Source: Blastocladiella emersonii ATCC 22665 (Eukaryota > Fungi > Blastocladiomycota). Taken from it: 64,000 bases of DNA. How positions within the stretch are numbered: position 1 is the first letter of the stretch; each line of letters begins with the position of its first letter. The notes beneath the pieces are model-generated. The model had not been told where the DNA came from. It did no database searches and saw nothing but the letters and a program-made list of their open reading frames with translations. The stretch is taken from NCBI GenBank assembly GCA_025594325.1, contig JANHCV010000005.1, positions 1,364,001-1,428,000 of the forward strand. Reading direction: 5' to 3'. Below, one piece after another: positions 46,053-55,051 of this stretch. The position numbers were made by a program, and so were the translations under genes.

Positions 46053-46364
46053 TTAGGCGAAGCGCTTGTCGCGCTTGAGGCCGCCGTCCGCCAGCGCCAC
46101 TGGATGAACGTATCGCTTATCCTTCGGTCCATTCTTAGTCATCGGAATGCCGTACTTGGTGGTATCGCCGAACCGCTCCGCATCGTACTTGCGCCGCTCA
46201 ATCGGCTCCGAGAGGACCTTGTAGGCGTACTTGATGGCCACGAACTTCTCCTGCGAGCGCTTGTCCTTCTTGCCGTCGTACTGATCTTTAAGGTTGCGGA
46301 ACGCGTCCTTGACGTCCTTGACCGAGGCGTCGCGAGAGATGCTGAGGAGGGTGTAGTGATCCAT
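46053..46364 (-). CDS. J-domain-like protein lacking HPD, copy 2 (103 aa)
   Basis: MDHYTLLSISRDAS.KDVKDAFRNL..YDGK...KF.AI.YAYKVLS.P.ERR.YD. TATAAAT starts 96 nt upstream. Confidence 0.8.
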   Translation of the reverse strand: MDHYTLLSISRDASVKDVKDAFRNLKDQYDGKKDKRSQEKFVAIKYAYKVLSEPIERRKYDAERFGDTTKYGIPMTKNGPKDKRYVHPVALADGGLKRDKRFA

Positions 46365-47051
46365 GGTGTGTGGGTTGAGTGGGCGTTGGTGCTTGAAGTC
46401 GGCTGATACCTGAGGGAGCCTGCTGGTCGTCGCATCGGCGGGGAGCGCTCAGAATTTATAGGAGCGAGGGATCCACGTCAATGGTGGGCTTGGGAGGAAA
46501 ACTTCGGGCAAGCCGTTGACAAAGGGCTGATTTCGAGTCGACGCGTTCGCGACAGAATTGCGACATTCGCGCGACACTCGTACGACAGGAATCAATCCCA
46601 CGCTCGTTTGTCCCGTCGCATCACCACGTGATATTCAGATATCCGCCATGTCCGACAAGTTCTGAGTTCTGGATCCCTGATCCTGGTTGATGCTCAGGAA
46701 CAGAAGGCTTTTTGGGTGTGAATTGAGCGGGCGAACATGCGACTCCTGGGAACTGACGGTCGTCAGCAATTGCACGGCCGGCTAGCTGCCTTGAACCGGC
46801 GCAAAGCTTTTGTTGATTGAGCACGCCAAGCTATCGTCTGAACGGGATCCATTCGATCGCGAGCCTGACACTGAGGTGCAGGGATCAAGCAACACGAGTG
46901 AGGTGCACGCTGCGCGAAGCGACCCTGATTGGGTACGAGTGACCGTTTGAGCCCGCGGCGGTCGCGGTTTAAGCGCAAACAGGCCAGTGGAGAGTCATGT
47001 GAGAAAAACGATGTAGTACAGATGAACCCCGAATCCGCGCTGGCGCGCACC

Positions 47052-47591
47052 TCACGACCGCTCGAGGTTGATGGAGTTACCGAAGCGCTTGTAGAGGACG
47101 GACTTAAGCTTCTCCATCTCGGCGGCGATCGAGTCCATGGAGTCCTTGAGGCCGGCGACCTCGGCGTCGAGGGCCTTGGAGTCGCGCTCGAGCCACTCCT
47201 GAACGCGCTCGTAGGGGGCGTTGACGTACACGTCGCCGATGCGGTACTTGATGATCTCGTCGTCGTCGCACAGCTCGAGCTCGCTGGTCAGGTCGTCGAG
47301 GGCCTCCTTCTCGACCTGGTCGGTGGGTGGGAAGCAGTGTGAGCGGGGGGCGAGCCGTTCCCGGACAGTGCAGAGCACGGTACCTTCTTGGCCTCGTACT
47401 TGGCCTCGAGCCCGTCCATGCGCGCGGACAGGCGCGAGAAGGTGTTGATGTTGGTCTGGTCCTCGCGCGACACGTTCACGTCGGCCTCGTCGCCAGCGTC
47501 CATCTAGTTTGCAGGGGTCGTGTGAGGACCGGCGGCAGTTCTTTCATCCGATTCATGAGGTCCAAGCACCGACCATGCGTGGTGCAGACAT
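47052..47591 (-). CDS. PFDN4: Prefoldin subunit 4; exons 47591-47574, 47503-47384, 47315-47052
   Basis: Motifs V..EDQ.NINTFSRL, ELEL.DDDE.I.YRIGD.Y, LK..LY.RFGNSINLE. Confidence 0.92.
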
Positions 47592-47842
47592 GTTGTAAGG
47601 TGTTGATGCGTGTAGTTTCAGCGCGTTCCAGTCACTCTACGCGAGGATCGGCGTTGAGGGAGGGGAGGGGGAGCGCGCGGAGGCGCCTCGCACGGTCGCG
47701 GCAGCCACACGTCGCCGCCTTGGAACAGGGCTGATGGGAGTGGCGTGCGCGCGAACACGGCCCCGCGCCGCCGCCGAGTCGTCTCCCCGCACCGCCTGCG
47801 ACGGATCCAACGTACCCGCGACTACCTGCAACGTAACCGAGC

Positions 47843-49751
47843 ATGGGCGGAGGGTCCGGCGCGCGCAAGAACCGCCGCCCGAGCACGCACCAGGCCGCGG
47901 CGGACGCAGCGGCAGCAGCGGCAGCGGCAGCATCGGCGAGTGCAGCGCCGACGGCCGCCACGCAGCCGAATTTCGGGGCGCTGGTCCCCGACTACCTCGA
48001 CAGTATGCACCGGTGAGCGATGAGATGAGGAATGGGATGGGACACTGATGGTTCGGCGAGGAGTGTAGTCATGGAGGGCCTGCCGCAGAACCTGCGCTGG
48101 ATCTACGACAAGATCCACACCATCCAGACCGAGCTCGACGGTATACCCCTCTGCCCCGCGCTTTCATCGCGTCCCGTACTGACACCCCGCCATCCCCGCC
48201 TCCAGACAAGGTGCAGTACCTGCACACGACATCGACGACAATCCACAAGGAGATCCACTCCAAGGTGAAAGCGTCGCGGTACCGCGCCGAGGCCAAGCTG
48301 GCCATCCATTCGGCGGGCGCCGTGGCGCTGTCGCACCTCGGGTCGACGCACCTCGTCGAGTGCCAGCGCATGGCCGCCGAGAAGCTCGCCCTCGCCTCGC
48401 ACGCCTACAAGCTCGTCGACGACTGCATCCGCAAGCTCGATACGGACCTCAAGGCCCAGGGCATCTCCCTAGAGGAGGTCCCCGTCGTCGCCGCCATGGC
48501 CGCCGCCGCCGCGGGCCACGCGCCGCCTGGGCCCGGCAGCCAGTGGGACCCCGCAGCGCTCGTCACGCCCGGACCCTCGACCGCCGCGAACACGGCGCCC
48601 ACGAGCCCGGCTATCGGGCAGCTGCTCGCCCGCGCCAACGGCGTCATCGCCGCTGCCGAGTCCGCATCCGCTGCGCCCGCTGCGGCTGGACCTTCGCGCA
48701 ACCGCGTATCCCGCTCATCCAGCGCTGCTGCGGCCGCTGCTGCTGCCGCCGCGGCCTCCTCAGCCGGCGAATCTCCCGCCATCTCCTCCTCGTCGCGCTC
48801 GTCGCGGCGCAACCAGTCCGAACCATCCGCCGCCGCTCCCGCCGCTGCCGAGCCCGCCGCGGCCACCACCAACGGCACGACGAAAAAGTCCTCTTCATCG
48901 CGGAAACGGTCGTCGTCGAGAGACGCCCTGCCGCCACCCGCACCAGTCGCTGCCGAGCCAGAACCCACTGCCGCCGCACCGGCAGCTAACGGGCGCAATA
49001 GCGGGTCCAGCTCGCGCCGCCCGTCGCGCACCAGCTCGGCCGAGGAGCTCGCGGTTTCGGGACCCGCGTCGACGCCCAAGCGCGCGGACAAGAAGCGGAA
49101 ACGGTACGCCGCGGTGCAATCCTCTCACCTTCGCCCATCACTGACCCCGCTGTGTGTAGTCCATCCTCCGCGCCGGAGGCCTCCTCGCCGCTCAGCTCCG
49201 TGCCGAGCTCCACACCCGTGCGCGCACCACCGCCACCGCCGTCGTCCAAGGACCGGTCGCGGCACCGCGCGCAGTCCGCCGCCGCCGCCGCCGCCGAAGA
49301 TCAGTCCGAGTCGGCGGCAGCGGGCGCGACCAAGAAGACCCCCGCGAAACCGCGCCGCCGCTCGCTCAACTGGGGCAACAAGAAGAAGCCACGCAAGCCG
49401 ACGACGGCCGAAGCGGATGCAGGTGCGGCCGCGGGCGACGAGGGGGACGAAGACGATGCCGAGAGCGAGGAATCGACGCCGAGCGTGCACTTCACGACGC
49501 CCATCGACCCGCACGAGCCCACGTACTGCATCTGCCAGCGCGTCGCGTTCGATGAGATGATCGCGTGCGATAACGAGGAGGATGTACGTGTACCCTGCTG
49601 CCCGCAGTGCAGCGGCGACAACGACTGACTCCCCGACGTGTAGTGCCCGTACGAGTGGTTCCACCTGCCGTGCGTTGGCATGAAGAAGGCGCCCAAGGGC
49701 ACGTGGTACTGCCCCGAGTGCAGCGAGAGGATGAAGCGGCAGAAGCGGTGA
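47843..49751 (+). CDS. ING-family (Yng2/Pho23-like) PHD chromatin reader; five exons
   Basis: N-terminal DYLDIMEGLP.NL and EKLALA..AY.LVD..IRKLD.DL; C-terminal [36 protein letters not shown]....PKG.WYCPEC. Confidence 0.9.
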
Positions 49752-49789
49752 GTGTGATGGGCCGGCCGTTGACTGGGTTTAATTTATTG

Positions 49790-51004
49790 TCATTCATGAC
49801 CACCGTCGCTGTCCTGACTGTCGCCGCCCCCGCCGATCCGGAACCCGACCGCCCGCTCGACCAGCGCGAACAGCCCGGCGTGGCCCAGCGCCTGGATCTC
49901 GGCCTTGTGTCCGAGCCGCACCATGGCCTGCAGCGACCGCCTACACCGCGCGCATCGTCAGTGACCATCCCTCGCGACCACCGCGACGTTGGAAACGTAC
50001 ATAGCGACCGGATCCGCGTCGAGCGCGCTCGCCGCACCTCCGCCGCCTGCGAGCAACCACCTTGCGCGCGTCCAGTCCGCCGCCGCAAACGGCACCGCGC
50101 ACACATGCCTCTCTACATCCCCGATCCAGTCGCTGACATGCACCCCGACCATCCGCGCGCGCGGCACCGCGGCCCTGTACTCGGCAAAGATGTGCACGCC
50201 GAACGGGTCGCCGTCCACGAGCACCGCGATCCCAACCTGCGCCGGCACGCGCGCGAGGAACTGGCGCGTGGCCACGTCCGGGAACCCGCGCGACGTGACG
50301 AGGACCGCGTGCCGCGGGAGCCGCGTGCCCGCGAGCGTGTGGAACACGGCCTCCTTCTCGACGACCACCACCCACCGCACGTGCGGCGCAAGCTCGACGC
50401 GGGCGATGTGTGCGCCCGCGGGGATGTGTACGCCCTGTGGACCGCCGGCGCGCGCGTCGAGCGGCGTTGCCGCATCGTGCAGGTGTAGGAGCACGGGGCC
50501 CAGGACCACGCCGCGCGCGCCCGCGATGACGCCCAGCGGCGCGGTATCCAGGATCCCGCACCCGCCCTCGCCCTCCTCCTCGTCGTCGTCGTCTTCCCCA
50601 AAAACCGTCGCCGCGATCGCGTGGACCGCGTAGTCGACGGCGCGCTGGGTCCCGAACAGCGCCGGGTCGCGGTAGAAGACGTCGCGGCGCGTGACCCAGT
50701 GCACGCCGTCGGCGCCGCCCGCGGTCAGCTGCTGGTACAGGATGGCCATGACGCGCGCGTGCACCGTGAGGGTGAAGACGGGATCGTGGTGGTCCGTGCG
50801 CCGCGGGCGTTTTGTCGGGCGGAAGGGCAGCGGCGTCGGCGAGAGAGGGAGCTCGGGCGGGTGCATGGTCGCTAGGTCCGTGGTGGTCTCGGCCTCGTGA
50901 AGAAACTCGAAGGCCAGCGCGCGGAGCGAGGCGACGGCGATGGCGCGGTCGGGCTCGAGGTGCGCGAACGTCGAGGAGGGCGGTGGGGTTGCTGGTTCAT
51001 TCAT
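49790..51004 (-). CDS. SPO11: Meiotic transesterase SPO11 (TopoVI-A family); intron 49941-50000
   Basis: TRRDVFYRD (catalytic Tyr), VVVEKEAVF, GFPD.ATR, LVDGDPFG, and KAEIQAL in exon 2. Confidence 0.9.
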
Positions 51005-51600
51005 GGTTGATGCAAGGTGCGATCGAGAGAGTACAAACGCCGAGAGAGCCATGGGCTCAAGCAAGGCCTGATTCACTGACACATTGGGCCGAGACCGTGA
51101 CCGCGACGTGAGACCGAGGGTGGGGTAGCCTTAAAATAACGATGTAGAGACAGAATGTACGAGGGGAGGGTAGGGGGAGGGGTGCTGGAAGCAAGATACG
51201 TCGGATTGAGTAAGGTGACACACAGAGAGGGAGGGGAGGAGAGGAGCGAGCGAGCGAGCGAGAGGGCGGCACACGCGCGACGCGACGGGCAGCGACGGCG
51301 GCGGCGAGAGCGAGAGCGAAGAGCGACGAGACGAGTGGACAGACGACTACATGGCGAGCAAGTGAGGGGTCAGAACCGATCTCGTCGCGAGAGCAGTGGT
51401 CCGCGTGTGCGCGGTACATACGCGATCCGTGCCGGAACGTAGGTCCGATCCATGGTTGCATTTCGCCCGTCGGTCGTCCATCATCATCGAGTTCCATCCA
51501 TCTTCATCGCCACGAACGTCGTCGAGCATCCCATCACACACACACGAGCGCAGCACACCGACCCGGCCCGGCCACACCGCGCGAACCCGAATCCCACCGC

Positions 51601-51909
51601 TTAGGCGGCGGGGGCCTTGTCCCACGAGTTGATGAGCTTCTCGAGGTCAAAGTCGGGCGAGTCGGGGTCGGCGACGACGCCGGCGGCGGAGGGCGGCGCG
51701 AGCTTGGCGGCCTCGGCGGCCTTGTGGGCGGCGTAGGCGGCGCGGGCCTGGTGGAAGTGGGCCAGCTCGGCGGCCTTGGCGGCGGCCTCGCGCTTGGCCG
51801 CCTCGGACGTCGACAGGCGCGCGTCGCGCACAAAGCCGTACACGAGGCCCGTGGCGGCCGAGCCCCACAGGAGCCACGAGCGGAAGACCTGGGACGTGGT
51901 GGCGGACAT
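51601..51909 (-). CDS. ATP21: Mitochondrial ATP synthase subunit e
   Basis: N-terminal TM with G..YG, Ala/Lys coiled coil, and the fungal-type C-terminus ADPDSPDFDLEKL. Confidence 0.8.
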   Translation of the reverse strand: MSATTSQVFRSWLLWGSAATGLVYGFVRDARLSTSEAAKREAAAKAAELAHFHQARAAYAAHKAAEAAKLAPPSAAGVVADPDSPDFDLEKLINSWDKAPAA

Positions 51910-52238
51910 GTTGACGGCGACGGGTTGCACGGACTGAGGAGTGGGGCAGGCGGGGCAAGGGGGGCGGATCCGATCGGCGCGAGGTAGTTGTCGTCGGCGG
52001 TGGTCGGCAGGCACGGCAGCGAGAGGGAGGGAAGTGAAAAAGCCCTTGGTATTTGATCACGCCGCATCAGCTGACGCTTGAGCGCCGCGACTTCTTGTGG
52101 TCGCCGCCTCCCTTCCTCTCCCTCGCCCACCCGCCCTTGCCATGAAAATACTTGTCTCGGTCTAGAGTCTATTCGCGCAAAAGGACCGTCCGTCTACTGT
52201 ACACGCCGTCGCCGCGCCGCGCCGCTGCCGCCGCCGGC

Positions 52239-54321
52239 TCAGGACCCGCCGCCGTCCGCGACCGCTTCGGGCGGCCCGACCGACCAACTGGAGTCGACCG
52301 CCTCGGCTTCTCTCCGCTTGCTGCTCTCGGCCGCCAGGACCCGCGGATCGCCCGTCGCCCACGCGCTCCCGGCGGTGCGCGTCGGGCTCTTGTTCCTCGG
52401 TCGTGGCGGCGGCGAGATCGGGCGCCGCACCATGGGCGGCGCGAGCGCTGGCGCGGGCGCCGCGGGCTCGCTGTCGGCGTCGGCCTCGGGCGGTGTTGGG
52501 AGCTCAGGCACGTCGGGCATCGGTCCCGCTCCCGATGCGGCCGCGGATGCCGCGACGGGCCCGCCGGGCAGACTCGCGGTGCTGATATTGGTCGTGGACG
52601 GCGCGGGTGTTGCGGCGGGTGGTGCGGCGCCGGGCCACGACGCGCGGTTACCGGTGCCTGACGGCGAAGCGACACCGCCGCTGCCACGGAGCCGGCTGAG
52701 CAGGCGCCCGAACAGGCCGACCTTGACGACTGCGCTCGCCACGTCCTCGTCGGTGACGGTGACGACGCACACGCAGTTCTCGTCGGTCGAGAGCATCGGG
52801 CGTGTCCCGCCGTACGTCGTCCACGCGTGCGTCTTGACGCCGGCTAGCGGCGTGCGCGTCGCCGGGTCTTTCCGGAGCAGCCCGCGCAGGAGGTCCTGCA
52901 GGTCGGGCGACAACCCGGAAGAGATTTCCGGCTCGTCGGCGGCGATCTGCGCGTACAGCTCCATGAGGTAACACGCCTCGAACGGCGGGTAGCCGTGCGT
53001 CAGGCAGTACAGGGTGACGCCGAGGCACCACATGTCGAGGGCGCGCCCGTGCACGCGCAGCGAGGACGGGTCGCACGCTTCCGGTGGGGTGAACGCCGGC
53101 GACGCGCTGCGGATCGCGACGTGGTCGTCAACTTGCCCGTGGCACATGTGCGCGATCCCAAAGTCCGAGATCTGCGCCCGGTCGTCCCACGTCACCAGAA
53201 TGTTCTCGGGCTTCAGGTCGCAGTGGATAATCCCGTGGTAGTGCACTATACGCACGGGTGCGGTAAGTGAGCGGGCGAGGAGTGAGGGGATGAGGGTGAG
53301 GGGATGGCGACGTACGGAACTCGAGCCCGAGGACCACGTCGCGAAAGTACTTTGCCGCGCGGCCCTCGTCGAACGGCTCGGCGCGCTCGCCCATGCTGAG
53401 CGTCATGATCGGGCCCGCGCATAGCTCGAACACTACACACTCTCGCCGCACGTCAGTATCCCGCATCCGACCACCGTGCACAAGACGCGTACCAAGATAC
53501 AGGTTATCCTCCTGCACATCATCAAGCACCTCGAGCAGCGACGTGATGTTCGGGTGCGACGAGCTGAGCTTCTTGAAGACCGCCACCTCCTGCTTAACCC
53601 CATCTTCCCCGCCGCCCGCCCCGCCGCCAACGCCCGCGTACACGGCGCGCATACGAAACTGGCGCCGCAGCCGCGACTTGGACAGGATCTTGCACGCGTA
53701 GTCGTTCCCATCCTCGAGGTTATGCACGCGCGCCACCTTGCCGTAACTCCCCGCCCCGATCTCGCCCAGCACCAGGTACTGGTTGACGACCATGGTCGCC
53801 GACGCCGCGATCGCCGCGTCGACCGCCCGGCCCTGCACGTGCAGCAGCGACGGCGTGCGCGGACGCGACAGCGGAGACCCGCCCGCGGGAGGGGTCTCGA
53901 CCGAGGTCCGCCGCACGTGGAACGTCTCCTTGACGGGCGACGGCGACCGGCGCGGCGTGCTGGGCATCGCGGGCGGTGGGGGTGGAGTCGACGCGCGCGT
54001 GTGCGGCTCGGACGGACACCGCGGACGCGTGGGTGTGCCCGGTCGGCGCGGCCATGACGGGAACAGGCCCGAAGTCGACGCGGATGCAGCCGAGAGGTTC
54101 GCGGCCGTCGAGCTGGATCGCGCGGGCGACGCCGCCGCGCTCTTGCTGCTGCTGCTCGCGGGCCACGCGCGCGTCGGCGAGTTGGGCCGGCTCGAGAAGG
54201 GCGTGGAGGGGAGAGAGAAGGAGAGTTTGGGCAGTTTCGGGGTCCACCGCGGCGTGGTCGGTTTCGCAGGTGGTGATGTGGCTCGCGCGCCGGCGGCGGC
54301 GGGTGCCGGCGGAGGTTCCAT
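52239..54321 (-). CDS. CAMKK/Ssp1/Tos3-like Ser/Thr kinase; three exons
   Basis: Motifs VNQY.VLGEIGAGSYGKV, ACKILSKSRLRR, EVA.FKKL..HPNI.SL.EVLDD...DNLYLVFE, HCDLKPEN, DFG, SPAFTPPE, D.WCLGVTLYC. Confidence 0.85.
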
Positions 54322-54741
54322 GGTTGGTTGGTGCGTATAGTTGTTAGGTGTCGAGGAGAGCTGTGGGAGAGCGGAGCAGGAGCAAAAAGGCACGCGTCGC
54401 GGCTCGTGTCCGCGCGCTCGCACGTCCAGGTGATATCGCGCGGAGCACGGCGAAACATGCGTGCGTCGCGCGTTCATGGGAGATTCGCATCACCCGGCCG
54501 GCGCGCGGGGGAACCGCGGCATTTATATCGGGATGCGACTTGCCGCCCCGCCGCACCGCGCGCGCGCACCATCGCGAACGGACGGGGGAGGCGTGGCACG
54601 GAAATCGCCCATGGTGACGCACGGTGGCTCAGGACCGACGCGATCTTGCGCACCGCACCGCGGCGCGCATCAGGGAGTGGAAACGGGCGGGCGGCAGCGG
54701 CGCCAGAGGGGGTGCGAGACACGCGGGCGGGCGGGTGCGAG

Positions 54742-54761
54742 ACGCGTTCGGTTATCACGTG
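54742..54761 (+). promoter_or_regulatory. ACGCGT-N8-CACGTG element about 420 bp upstream of the CAMKK-like gene
   Basis: Exact motif ACGCGT-TCGGTTAT-CACGTG. Confidence 0.6.
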
Positions 54762-55051
54762 GGCCGCGACCGACCGAACAATTGTTGACGGCGCGATTTC
54801 ATTTCATCTTGGAGAACAAGGGCGGGTCTTGATTTAGCACGTTATATTCGTTTCCTCATTACGAGCAAAGCGAGGGGGAGTTCGAAAGTGACGATTCGAT
54901 TTTCGGGAGCGTGGCGGTGTGTGCCTGCGAACCTGCGCAGGCGACAACGGCTGGCTGGGAGGACGACGATGGGTAGGGGCAATATGGGAACAACAAGGAA
55001 GGGGTTTGTACGAGTATCTACATGGTGTGTGGTTGGCGCGGGACCGAGACT

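Noticed and set aside
46620-47040. Possible snoRNA or other ncRNA between the J-like gene and PFDN4
   Set aside because: No well-formed C/D or H/ACA boxes with a terminal stem could be identified.
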